64,000 bases of DNA from NCBI RefSeq assembly GCF_032444005.1, contig NC_091282.1, positions 266,228,001 through 266,292,000 on the forward strand, read 5' to 3'. This DNA comes from Ranitomeya imitator (taxonomy: Eukaryota). Below the pieces are notes generated by a model. It searched no databases. It saw only the letters and a list, made by a program, of their open reading frames with translations, and was not told the DNA's origin. Below are positions 12,709 to 25,233 of this stretch, in pieces (the first letter of the stretch is position 1; every line of letters begins with the position of its first letter). The position numbers were made by a program, and so were the translations under genes.

Positions 12709-15426
12709 CCCATTCAAAATAAAACAATAAAAAAATCAAACATACACCTGTCATGATCCTATGGTAGGATTTGAGCAGGAGCCTCGGGGGTTAATGCTGC
12801 TGGCCTCCCTTTGGATTGGGGAGGGCTTTTTATAGCTGCAGGAGGCTTGCTTCCTTGTCAGTTATGCTTCTGCCTTTGGCTGAGTTAAGGGACCCATGTA
12901 AGCGTGTGAGTTTGTGCCTTGTGCTTGCCTTGTGATTCTTCTTCCCATCTTGTCCCGGCCTGTCCCCCACATCGCTCTTGCCTGTCTATTAGGTTCTGTC
13001 TGTGGATTATCTGGTTCTCTGACCCCAGCTTGGTTTTTGACTTCTGTCTCAATTGTTCCCTCGGCTCTGGTATTACCTGCTGTTTCCTGACACCCAGTTG
13101 TACCTTTGGAGCTCCGCTGATCACTTCAGAAGCACCGACGGCTGGCCTCACTCTGACCCCCCTAAAGCGACAGGTCCTGCATGCTGGTGACTGTGCTGTG
13201 GTGTGTCTGTGGGTGCTATCTACCCATCCCCGTTCTGCTGTATGGGACTCGTGCCCGGACCTGGACAGGTCAGTCATGGGGTCTTTGATAATATAACTGA
13301 CCGAAACAGTAGCGTTCTGTGGTTAGGGTGCAGTATGGACCCGATGCACACCCTGTCTGAGCAGGTGAAGCACCTGTTTCAGATGCTGCAGAAACTAAAC
13401 CTAGAGCAGCAAGCCTTGGCTCAGTCCCAACATCAGGTGATGGACACGGTTCAGGGGTATCTGTCTTCAGAGGGAGGGAGTTAGAGATGTTGCTTTGTTC
13501 CCTCCCAAACCCCCGGTTAAGTTACCTGATACATTTTCGGGTGACAAAAAAAAATTTAGAGTCTTTAAAGAGGGCTGCCAGCTCTTTTTCTCTTTAAGAC
13601 CCCGCTCCTCTGGAGATGAAAGTTAGAGGGTTGGCGTTGTCATGTCTCTGCTTAGGAGGGCTCCGCAAGCCTGGGCATTTTCTCTCCCCTCTATGGCCCC
13701 TGAAAGTATGTCGGTGAATGCATTTTTTGAGGCCCTAGGGCACATTTATGATGAGCCTGATAGAGTTCGTCCAGTGGAGCATATGGTGATGAGTGTTTGT
13801 CAGGGGAAGCACTCGGCTTTGTGGTTTTGCTCAGAATTTTGATGTTGGGCTGCAGAGGTTTCGAGGGATGATGCTGCCCTCCGTGGCTTGTTCCATAGAG
13901 GCCTGTCTGAATGTCTGAAGGATGCCCTGGCGCTTCATCCTCCACTTGATTCACTGGATGACGCCATGACCAAAGCGGTTTGTATGGATCGCAGGTTACG
14001 GGCATGAGGTGTTATGCAACTGGAAACATCTTTGTTCCCCGCTGGAGACGATCCCGTGGCTACTTCTGAGGCTATGGAGATGGGCACCATTGCTTTAAAA
14101 GAGAAAGAGAGAAGACATCGTTGTGAGAAACAGCTGTGCTTCTCATGTGGAGAGTCGGGACACTGGAAGAGGGATTGCCTTTCTTTCCCTTTACCATTCA
14201 AGTCGGCGGGAAATGACTAGGTCTGAGAGGTGCTTGACCCTCAGGTACACTTTTCCTCATTTGCTAAAATTTTGCTACCGGTGGAACTTTTGGTGGACGG
14301 TTGTCCTTATTTTTAATTTTTTACAGCTTTTGAGGACTGCGGTTCATCCATCAACTTGGTCAGTCCTCACCTGATTCCAAAGGAAGATAGGAACAGTTAG
14401 ACTCCAGACTCCAGTGAAAGTGATGACCATTGTTTCCTCTCCCCTCACTAAAGAAGGAATTTGTTACCGCTCAGAGTTTTTTTCCTTCAAAATAGGATCT
14501 GATCATGCTGAACAGATAAGTTGTTTTGTCTTGGGAAATTTGCCTGCTGGGTTGGTGTTGGGAATGCCCTGGTTGCAACGCCATAACCCTATCATCAATT
14601 GGGTGATGGGGGAGATTGTTCAATGGGGCCCTATTTGTGTCAACCATGGTTGCAAATCTGAATTATTATCTGTACCCGTTAAGTCTGTCTCTGTGTAGTC
14701 TGTCGGTCTGGAGGGTATTCAGGAGTACCTGAAGGACTTTGAAGATGTGTTCTCTGAAAGCGATGCTGAGGTTTTATCACCACATAGACCCTTTGATTTG
14801 ATTGTGCCATTGAGCTGGTTCCTGGGGCTAAGTTGCCTAAAGTCCGTCTGTTCAATTATTCTGATCCTGAGCATTTAGTCATTAATCAGTATATTGCTGA
14901 AAGCCTCCACAAGGGGCATATATGTCCTTCCATCTCTCCAGTGGCTGCCAGATTCTTTTTCGTTAAAAAAAAAGATGGTGGTCTTTGTCCCTGTCTAGAC
15001 TTTTAAAAACTTAATAAGATAGTCATGAAAAACACATACCCTCTTCCCTTTATCCCAGATCTATGTAATCAGTTGTCTGGGGATAAATGGTTCTCCAAAC
15101 TTGATCTCCGGGAACCCTATAATCTGATAAGGGTTTGAGAGGGGGACGAGTAGAAAACGGCCTTCCTCACATCTGAGGGACTCTTTGAAAACCTGGTCAT
15201 GCCGTTTGAACTTCTTGCTCCTATTGCTCCTTCTATTTTTCAGAATTTCATTAATGTGGTATTTGCTAACCTTATAGGATGCTTTGTCATTACTTATTTG
15301 GATGATATTTTGGTGTTTTCCCCAGACAGTGAGACTCATTTGCAGCATCTACATACTATTCTCCAAAGACTCTGGAAAAATCAGTTATTTGCTAAATTAG
15401 AGAAATGTTCATTTTTTGTACAGGAA

Positions 15427-15608
15427 AGAAATATATCTTGGTACCGTGTTAGCCAGTAGATAGAAAAATATTTAGGGCTTCAGAATTTGTTTTAGTCTTT
15501 GCCTGATGAAGAGACCTGTGTAGTCTCGAAAGCTTGCAATTTATTACCATCTTTTCAGTTGGCCATTAAAAGGTATCAACCACTGAAGACTCTCAATTCT
15601 AAATATTT
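15427..15608 (+). mobile_element. Short Penelope-like (pLTR) insert inside the Gypsy-A RT
   Basis: 182 bp flanked by a 19-bp target duplication TTCATTTTTTGTACA(G/A)GAA (15408-15426, 15609-15627); contains a hammerhead motif. Confidence 0.75.
15499..15539 (+). ncRNA. Minimal type-I hammerhead ribozyme motif
   Basis: Stem I TTGC/GCAA, core CTGATGA 15503-15509, extra A, stem II GAGAC/GTCTC with 7-nt loop, GAAA 15528-15531, palindromic stem III AAGCTT. Confidence 0.82.
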
Positions 15609-18600
15609 TTCATTTTTTGTACAAGAACTGTCTTTTTTGTGTCTGATTGTTACCTTTGAGGGGATTCGTATGGATCCCAGGAAGTTGCAGGTGATCGCTG
15701 ATTGGGTTCAACTCCGAGACCTCAAGGGGCTCCAGCGCTTCCTGGGTTTCACCAACTATTATCGGAAATGTATTAAGGTTTTTTTGCAAATGGTTAAACC
15801 CCTTACTGATCTTACCCACAAGGGGGTGGATGTAAAAGATTGGTCAGGGACCGTCAAGGAGTCTTTTTTGGCATCAAAAAAAGTTTTCATGTCTGCTCCG
15901 ATTTTGGTACAATCAGATACGTCCATACCTTTCATTGTGGAGGTGGATGCTTCAGAGGTGGGGGTGGGGGAAGTGTTGTCCCAGGGTCCTGCCACTTTAA
16001 CTTACCTCAAACCCTGTGTCTTTTCTCCAAGAAGTTCTCGTCCATCGAGAGAAATTATGATGTGGGCAGTAGAGAACTTCTTGCAATCAAGTTAGCATTC
16101 GAAGAATGGAGGCATTTTTTGGAAGGGGCGGCTCACCTGATTACTTTCATCATGGATCATATACATTTCGGTGAAAAGATTGACCCCTAGACAAGCTTGT
16201 TGGTCGCTTTTTTCCCGGTTTCAGTTTTCTATTACTTTACTTCCTAGTTCTAAGAACATTAAAGCCAATAGCTTGTCCCGAAGTTTTGAGCCTGTGTTTT
16301 CACCCAAGCTGCCATCCTCCATTCTTCACCCCGGGGCAGTAGTAGCGGGGATCTCATCTGAGTTGGAATGATAGATTGTGGGAGCTCAGTTTTTGGCCCT
16401 GATTTCCAAGCCAAGAGATACGTTGTTTGTCTTGGACCAATTTTGGGCCAAGCTCCTTCAGGAATTTCATGAGTCTATGTTGAGTGCCCATCCTGGGATT
16501 GTGGCCATGCGGGAGGCAGTGGCAAGGGTTTTTTGGTGGGCCTCACTGAGTTCTGCATGTGGAGTTTGTGCACATTCCAAATGCTCTCATAGCCTGCCGG
16601 CTGGGGAACTGGTGACTTTACCAGTTCCTTAGAGGCCATGGACTCACCTGTCCATGGACTTCATTACCAATCTCCCTCTATCCAGGGGTAATACTATGAT
16701 ATGGGTGATGGTGGACAGGTTTTCTAAGCAAGCCAATTTTGTTCCTTTAGCCTTATTACCCTCAGCTGAGACTTTGTCCAGATTATTTGTTCAGCATGTG
16801 GTCCGTTTGCATGGGGTACCCCTGAATGTTGTGTCTGACAGAGGTGTGCAGTTTGTAACAAAATTTTGGAGGGCATTCTGTAAGAAATTGGGCATTTCTT
16901 TGTCTTTCTCTTCCGCATATCACCCGGAGAGTAATGGGCAGACAGAATGCACTAATATATCCTTGGAACAGATTCATAGGTGTTTAATGTCTGTTAGGCA
17001 AAATGACTGGTGCGACGCTTTACCTTTGGCTGATTTCGCCTTCAACAACCGGGTATGTCAGTCCACTAGTATGTTCCCATTTCTGGTCAATTATTGCTTT
17101 AATCCTCATTTTGGGGAATTTTCAGTTAAGGACCATTCTGGGTCGGCACCTCCTCCAGTGTTGGTGGAGGGTCACAGGGAATATGAATTTGGACACATTG
17201 TAGATTCTCGGCTGGTGCGCCACTCTTTGCAGTTCCTGGTGCAAGGGTATGGGCTGGAGGATCGCTCGTGTGTTCCTGCTCACTTGGTGCATGCTGACCA
17301 TCTGGATGCCAAACATCCAGGGATGACTGGGGGTCCAGTGGCCCCCATTAAGAGGGGGGTATTGTCATGATCCTATGGTAGAATTTGAGCAGGAGCCTCG
17401 GGGGTTAATGCTGCTGGCTGGCCTCCTTTTGGATTGGGGAGGGCATTTCATGGCTGCAGAAGGCTTGCTTCCTTGTCAGTTATACTTCTGACCTTGGCTG
17501 AGTTATGCTTGTGCCTTGTGCCTGCCTTGTGATTCTTCTTCCCGTCTTGTCCCGGCCTGTCCCCCACGTCGCTCTTGCCTGTCTATTAGGTTCTGTCTGT
17601 GGATTATCTGGTTCTCTGACCCTGGCTTGGTTTCTGACTTCCCTTTTGATTGTTCCCTTGGCTCTGGTATTACCTGCTCTGTTTCCTGACACCCAGTTGT
17701 ACCTTTGGAGCTCTGCTGATCACTCCAGGCGCTCTGGTGGCTGTCCCCGCCCTGGCCCCTCCTCCTGCGATCACGTATCACAGGTCCTGTACGCCGGCGA
17801 CCGTGCCGTTCTGTGTCTGTGTGTCTGTGTGCTGTCTACCTGTCCCTATTCTGCTGTACTGGACTCGTATCTGGACCTGGACAGATCAGCCATTGGGTCC
17901 TTGATAATATCTATTTGGTATCGCCAGGTTCAGAATCACCCGATCTATCAATATAAAAAAGAATTAACCCAATCGCTAAATGGCATAATGAGAAAAAAGT
18001 AAAAACGCCAGAATTACATGTTTTTGGTAGCTGTAACATTGCATTAAAATGCAATAATGGCCGATCAAAAGATCATATCTGCACCAAAATTATATAATTA
18101 TAAAAGTCAGCTGGCACGCAAAAGTAATCCCTCACCTAACCCAAGATCACGAAAAATGGAGACGCTATGGGTCTCAGAAAATCATGCAATTTTTTTTAGA
18201 ACAAACTTTGGATTTTTTTTTCACCAGTTAAGTAAAAAGAAACCTAGACATGTTTGGTGTGTTTGAACATCGTAATGACCAGGAGAATCATAATGGCAAG
18301 TAAGTTTTAGCATTTGGTGAACATGATAAAAAACAAATCCAACAAACAGTTGTGGAATTGCACTTTTTTGGATTTTTGTCCTGTTTTTGAGTATACAATA
18401 TGGTAAAACCAATGATGTAGTTCAAAAGTACAACTTTTGGCTTTGGGAAGAAGGGGAGTGAAAAAACAAACGCAAACACGAAAAAGGACCTGGGGTAAAA
18501 GGGTTAAATATTACATACATATGAGAACCATAGATGGTCACAATATAATGTATTTTTTTTTATATGAAAGTTTTTTTTTTATTACACTTTCTCTTTCAAA

Positions 18601-18775
18601 TACTTATAATACCTATGTCCACACATACGTAAAAAATACTTAATTGGCAATCAATTTTAGCTTATATATTATATTTAGTCATGGAGGTTGTTTATTACTG
18701 TGTAATAGAAGTAGCAAAGCAAAACAGGTAGAATATCAATCTCTGTAGTGATACTAAGAGTGAATTTATATATAG

Positions 18776-19735
18776 CCCCTTAATGACCGCCAATACGTCT
18801 TTTAACTGACCTGAGATATAAGAGAATAGCCTCCCCATACAGATGACAATCCAGCAGCTGTCGGCTGTACACTATAGCTGACAACTTTCTGTACCAGCCA
18901 CGATCAGTATTTGCACCATCTAAATCTGTTTAACCCCTTAGATGCTGCTGTCAATAGTGACTACATCATTATAAATGGTTAACAGTGTGTGGGGGCTTCT
19001 TCTTTGTCACAATTGGTGCCCTCAGATCATGATTTTGTTGTCCTGATGTTTGCCATGGCAATTCATGACCAAATAGCGGCCTTAGAGTCTGACGGCTGTA
19101 GTAATCTGTTTAGAAGTTAGCAACATTTAGGTGGTAAAAATACACATTTTCATTTCTGTCATACCACTTTGCATTAATTCCTGTAAAGCACCTGAAGGGT
19201 TAATAAACTACCTGACAGCAGTTTTCAATATGATTAGGGGTGCTGTTTTTAAAATGGTATCACGTTTGCGGGTTTCCCAATATATGGGACCCCTAAAGTC
19301 ACTTCAAACATAGATAAGTCCCTAAAAAAATAAATTTTGTAAATTTCTTTGAAAAAGTGAAAAATTGCTGCTACATTTTTAAACCTCCTAAAATGCTAAC
19401 AAAATAAAATAACATTTTACAAATGGTGCTGATGTAAAGCCGACATGTGGGAAATGTTATTTATTAATGGTTTGCTGTTGTATGACCATCTGGATTAAAG
19501 GGATAATCATTCAAATTTAGAAAATTGCTAATTTTTTAACATTTTTCTCAAATTTTTGATATTTTTTATAAATAAACACAAAAAATGTTGAACAAAATTT
19601 ACCATTATCATAAAGTATAATGTGTCACGAAAAAACAATCTCAAAATCACTGGGATTTTTTGAAGTGTTGCAGCGTTATTACCACATAAAGTGACACTGG
19701 TCAGATTTCAAAAATTTGGCTCGGTCACTAAGGGG
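18776..19735. mobile_element. Non-autonomous piggyBac-like element with ATAG target duplication
   Basis: TIRs CCCCTTAATGACCG / CGGTCACTAAGGGG (13/14 match); ATAG at 18772-18775 and 19736-19739. Confidence 0.75.
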
Positions 19736-20205
19736 ATAGACATAGTTATTTTGTATTTTTTATTTTAATCTACTTTTTATGGCATTTTACTTCTATCTTT
19801 TTCACAAGTGATTTTAAAAAAAATAGCAACCAGATGAATACATAAAAGTCAGCAATTATGTTTAAAATGTACTTCAAACAATGCAACTTGGAAGATGAGC
19901 AAAAACATTTTGGCATTTTTTGGCATTTTCACACCATTTCTGTCCATCTAAGCCAATATGGGCAGAACATGGAATTGTTGGGGTATGGATAAGCTTAAAC
20001 ATCAAATTAATTATATTAATGACTGGATTACATTTCTGCCAGAGTCGCATGGCATTTGTAAGATGCTCCTGATTCATTAAGTGTTTTGCACATCTTCATA
20101 AATTAGGTGCATCTCACTTCAATACACCAGTTGTAATTCATCAGGGTTGAAGTGTTTGTGCTTTTTTTAAATTGGGGCATTTTGGGGAGGTTTTTGTCAC
20201 AAGGT

Positions 20206-20816
20206 TGTCACGTCCCCCTGGAAAACCTGGAGTTAAGAGGTGACATCTGGTGATGAATCTCAGTTCTCTTTAGAGATGGTGTGATTTATGCCTTATCTTA
20301 GATGGACTTCCTTTAATTCAGTGCTGAAAGGGTTAAGGACTCTTTCCATGCTGGCTGAGACCAGACAGCCTGGTTGTTCTCAGTTGAAACTGCTTAAAAT
20401 TTACTCCCTCTATATATACTGGCTCTGGGTGTTTCTTCCTTGCCGGTGAAAGATTCTTCTTCCTGTGCTAAGTGTTAAGCTTAGTAGTTGGAGTGGGAGT
20501 TTTAGTTGTAGTGATCTGTTGTTTGCTGCAGTATGTGAGTATTTATCTCCTGGTCCCTATTCCCATTTAGTTACTTCCTCCCTGTCTCCAGTATATTCCT
20601 TCCTATTTTGGTGAGTGCTTTTGTATGATAGTGATTTTCTATTATCCCTGTTTTGCCTTTGTGTCTTGTCTACCTTACATTTCTGTCCTTTGCCTCATAG
20701 GGTGGGGGAGGGGACAGATTAGGATTTAACAGGAGCATAGTAAGGTCAGAGACCCAGGTCTCTCTACCTTCAAGAGTACTCCCGACAGAGGGATATTTAG
20801 TGTCCCAGTTCCAGCA
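20206..20816 (+). mobile_element. LTR-like remnant
   Basis: Begins TGTCACG, TATA-like TATATA near 20411, composition similar to the other Gypsy LTRs; 3' end and TSD not resolved. Confidence 0.4.
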
Positions 20817-21907
20817 TGTAAAAAATAAAAGACATTATGATACACTTTTCAACAATTGTAAAAATGGTTGAACATGTACTACTACAATACTAAAATGGGA
20901 AAAAATAGAAGAATAGTGTGCTGGACAGATGTAAAAAATATACTGAATCTTTTCTTCCAAGGCTTGGTATTGACAGCAATCCTTTGGAGAAAGCACATTA
21001 GGAAACAACGCTTTTTCCCAGTTTAGGGATTGAAACTCTTTTTCACATCTGAAATGAAGGAAAGTACTCCTTAAAAATTGTAACAATAACAACTGAGGAC
21101 AGAATAAAGCATTGTGGTCTTACAGGTTTAGCATTTTTCCAAAATTTCCCATTTTTTATTTCCCATTTCTTTTGTTTACATCTAATTTTGAGCCCTGTGA
21201 GATACTGTGACATAATATCAAAAGGGAATTTGAAATGATAGAATATCATTTCAGCATATTTTCCAGAATCATATAACCTGATTTCCTTTTAAAGTAATGC
21301 GCCATATTGATGAAATAAAACATCCTGTCGCTTTTTGTGAAAGGTTTCCATACACAAAAATGATGCAGTGTGATTGTGATGCGCATCAAATTCTAACCTG
21401 CAATAGGCGATTCTTTTCTGGCATTGAACGTTTCTAAATGGTCCATATGTGACAAAGTAAAATGACAACCATCAAATCTGAGGATAATATTCAAATGCAA
21501 ATTCATATTGTAAATATGCCAAACTTACAGTACAAAGTAGAAGAGGAATATAAGCAATACTTATCTTCAGATAGTGGGTTTGCATTAAAAACATCAAGAA
21601 AATCTAGAAAATCTATGAAACTGCCTCATAACTTTTTGTTCAAAGGTTTATTAAGAATATGTCTATAAGCTATAAGAGATTGTCTTCAGGAGAAAGAATG
21701 ATTTGGCCTGTTCAATTTTATCATGTCAAGTTTTCGATTCGATTTCCTTTGAGGCAAATGAAATGCAGTATGAATTTCACACACAAAAATCAGACTCTTC
21801 AAGTACCCACGTTTTTTGTAATTCGATTTGCAAAAAACAAGCAAAATTCTTGATTTTTTTTAGGACTGAAAGGGGTTAAAAGCTGAGAAAAAAAATTCTG
21901 TCCTCAC

Positions 21908-22945
21908 CTTTCATTTGTCCTGGTTAGTGTTGAGCATTCCGATACCGCAAGTATCGGGTATCGGCCGATATTTGCGGTATCGGAATTCCGATACCGAGAT
22001 CCGATATTTTTGTGATATCGGGTATCGGTATCGAATCAATAGGGATGTGGAAAATAAAGAATTAAAATAAAAAATATTGATATGCTCACCTCTCCGGCGG
22101 CCCCTGGACTTCACGCTGCTATCCGGGAGGCTTCTTTGTTTAAAAAGCGCGCCTTTCGGACCGGTGAATGACGTCCCGGCTTCTGATTGGTCGCGTGCCG
22201 CCCATGTGACCGGCACGCGACCAATCAGAGGCCGCGACGTCATTCGCAGGTCCTCAATTCCTAGAATTAGCAGTTTTGTGAATGAGAATGACGTCGCGGC
22301 TTCTGATTGGCCGCGTGCCGCCCATGTGACCGGCACGCGGCCAATCAGAAGCCGCGACGTCATTTTCATTCACAAAACTGCTAATTCTAGGAATTGAGGA
22401 CCTGCGAATGACGTCGCGGCCTCTGATTGGTCGCGTGCCGGTCACATGGGCGGCACGCGACCAATCAGAAGCCGGGACGTCATTCACAGGTCCGAAAGGC
22501 GCGCTTTTTAAACAAAGAAGCCTCCCGGTTAGCAGTGTGAAGTCCAGGGGCTGCCGGAGAGGTGAGCATATCAATATTTTTTATTTTAATTCTTTATTTT
22601 ACACATCCCTATGGATCCCAGGGCCTGAAGGAGAGTTTCCTCTCCTTCAGACCCTGGGAACTATGAAAATACCTTCCGATACTTGATGTCCCATTGACTT
22701 GTATTGGTATCGGATATCGGTATCGGCGATATCCGATATTTTTCAGGTATCGGCCGATACTATCCGATACCGATACTTTCAAGTATCGGACGGTATCGCT
22801 CAACACTAGTCCTGGTATATCTACTCCTCTCCTGGTCTCCTCTCCTGGTTTGATCACTTCCACTATGCAGCTTTGATCTTCTATTTCGTGTTTATTCTCA
22901 TTCCAGCTCTTACTAGGTTCCATCATGGCTTCACTTGCTTGAAGT
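21908..22945 (-). other. Candidate host exon interrupted by the hAT MITE
   Basis: Removing the MITE gives tctatcatctctacattag|ACTTCAAGC...MMEPSKSWNENKHEIEDQSCIVEVIKPGEETRRGVDIPGQMK...AAAG|gtgagg, open in one frame. Confidence 0.25.
21925..22808. mobile_element. hAT-type MITE with giant internal palindrome
   Basis: TIRs TAGTGTTGAGC / GCTCAACACTA, perfect 8-bp TSD GTCCTGGT (21917-21924, 22809-22816), subterminal CCGATAC/GTATCGG repeats. Confidence 0.92.
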
Positions 22946-23978
22946 CTAATGTAGAGATGATAGACAGCGTCCGATGCAGGTGATTGTAAGTCAAAACAGA
23001 GTTTAATTTTGCCATATACAAAAAGTGCATGCACAAAAATCTCACCAGATAGGTTTCGATTAATTACAGGTCTTTGTCAAACTCTGTCATTGCTTGACGT
23101 TAAGTCATTTACTCGATTTTATGCACCTCTGTATGAAAAAAAGTGATTTCATTGATTAAGAGACACTTTTGACTAGTGAGTGTATGGTACTTGAAAATGT
23201 GAGACCACAGATATAATCAGTATCAAAGTAAATGCACAATATATCTCTTAAGTATGAGCAAATGTAGAGGATGTAAGTAACAGTTACTCCTGGGTTACAG
23301 ATGAACCAGTTGAACATGTTTTTCATTTGTCCATAGGTAAGACAACTTGCTTAAATTAAAGCTAAATTATTGTAATTGCTCTCAGGACTGAACATAAAAT
23401 GACTAATTCTTTTTTTTATATTGTAGAAGGTCGAACTTCCACATCTAATTTTAGCAATATTTACATAATGCTAATATCTTTTACTCCTTTTCACTTGGCT
23501 CATGGTAGCAGCTGCCTTGTCAACCTCTCAAAAAATCTCTTCCTGTAAGATGCTTATGATTTTGCTCACGTTTTCTGCATTTGTCTTGTTGAGATATTGA
23601 GAACACATCACTCTACTGTGACCTGACAGAAGGACAGTAGCACCTGAGCTTAAACTGATGACCAGTACTGTAAGATGAGCAACATTTTATCTATGAGCAC
23701 AAACGGGTTGTTTAAAGGTTACCGTCAAATCACAAGGTTGAACCATTCATAGGCTACAAAACATCAATGCCAGTTGGTGACCATCTCGTGATAACCTTTA
23801 TTCCGTGGCACATCTTCATAAGAACAAGTCTGTACACCTTCGTGTCCATAAGACCTCATTGTAACTTTGGGATTCATCTCACAACATGTTATTTGTATTT
23901 AAAGATAGTCAGACTAATTTAAAAGCTACAATATTTCTATTCAAGCATAAGTAATAATTTTTGTTGGCTCGTGTTTAA

Positions 23979-25233
23979 CCCCTTCATAACCCGGGTATTT
24001 TCTTTTTTCCGTTTTCCTTTTTCGCTCCTCTTCTTCCCAGAGCCACAACTTTTTTATTTTTCAGTCTATATGGCCATGTGAGGCTTATTTTTTGTGGGAC
24101 GAGCTGTACTTTTGAACAACATCATTGGTTTTAGCATGTCATGTACTTGAAAACGGGAAAAAAAATCCAAGTGCGGTGAAACTACAATAAAAGTGCAATC
24201 CCACACTTGTTTTTTGTTTGCTGTTAGGGCTGGCGGAATGCACCACATAATTGTAGGGATGGTAGAAGGTGCATTCGCAGCCCGGGGTCCACCATGCAGA
24301 GATGACACCTGCTGCTCGGTAATGGCGGACAGTATATGGCAGTATAATGTGAACACACATGGGTTAGCTTCACCCGGTATGTAAGGAAGCAAACCCTGTT
24401 GCATCACAGGGCCGCAGTACCGCAGAGTGAACGCTAGTATTGGGTCACAGGGCTCTGCCCCAACGACACGGGGTTAGAGTCCCTCTAGACCACTAGCGCT
24501 CAGCGCCGCAACTGCGATGCCAGGGAAAAACCTAAATAATGATTTACCGCACTGAGTGCGTGCAGCGCCGCTCTGCCGAACACCACTAACCGCCCTAACT
24601 AGAGACAGGTAAGCGCACTGGTTGCGCACGGTGCCGCACTGGCTAACGCTGCTGTTAGACGCTTTAGATTTTGCCTGGTGCTGGATGCCACTAACTGGCA
24701 CAAAACAGCTCCAACATTTGTGAGCATTCATCAACACTAGGGATGGGAATGATTTGGAACTTTCACCAGAACACGCACACATCCACACACAATAACTGAT
24801 TTATACTAGTGCATGGCCGAGTGGCCATGCGAACCTTTTATATCTGTAGCATTCCAGGACCTTCCTAGTGCTCCAATCGGAGCCACTACAGGACCTGAGC
24901 ATGTGACCCTGACCACCAATGAGAGGTCGTCCCGTGGGCATGCTTAGTAGAAGAAAAGCAGGACTTAGTCCCTGGAACTTTTTCTCACCTCTGATCAATG
25001 CTGGTTACAAAGGCTGGGCCTGGAATGGCAACTTTAACCAAACGCACAGTATCTGCTTGAGCCAGACGCTGGGACCAACGTCTCTGCTGAGCAGGCTCCA
25101 CTGTGGCTGAAGGAGAATGGGAGACTGCAGTGGACATGGTTCGAGACTCCCCCTGTGCAGTGGTGGGAACTCAACACTTAACGTTTGCTAGGTTCACTAA
25201 ATGCTAAAACTGACCTGCTATTTTTATTCTCCA
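23979..25233. mobile_element. Truncated piggyBac-like end carrying a solo LTR
   Basis: TTAA|CCCCTTC at 23975; sequence resembles the reverse complement of the 18290-18503 end. Confidence 0.55.
24222..25183. mobile_element. Solo LTR (~960 bp)
   Basis: Termini TGTTAG...TTAACG (CA end apparently mutated), 5-bp TSD TTTGC at 24217-24221 and 25184-25188. Confidence 0.7.

Larger units (their letters stand above)
12749..17906 (+). mobile_element. Decayed chromodomain Ty3/Gypsy LTR retrotransposon (Gypsy-A)
   Basis: LTRs 12749-13290 and 17363-17906 (TGTCATG...TTGATA), PPT AAGAGGGGGG before 17363, gag zinc knuckle CFSCGESGHWKRDC, YLDD RT, RNase H, integrase MDFI/VSDRG, chromodomain remnant; many stops and frameshifts; degenerate TSD ACACC/ATATC. 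Confidence 0.9.
10551..18503. mobile_element. Non-autonomous piggyBac-like element interrupted by CR1 and Gypsy insertions
   Basis: TTAA|CCCCTT at 10547-10556 and AAGGG|TTAA at 18499-18507; host sequence is continuous across 11125/12709 and 12748/17907. Confidence 0.65.

Noticed and set aside
13291-17911. Both Gypsy-A LTRs are followed by ATAT, suggesting unprocessed PBS bases at the 3' junction
   Set aside because: Host geometry fits a decayed 5-bp TSD (ACACC/ATATC) equally well.
23471-23503. Good-context ATG encoding MSQVKR, reminiscent of the TPX2 N-terminus
   Set aside because: It diverges after five residues and stops after ten codons.
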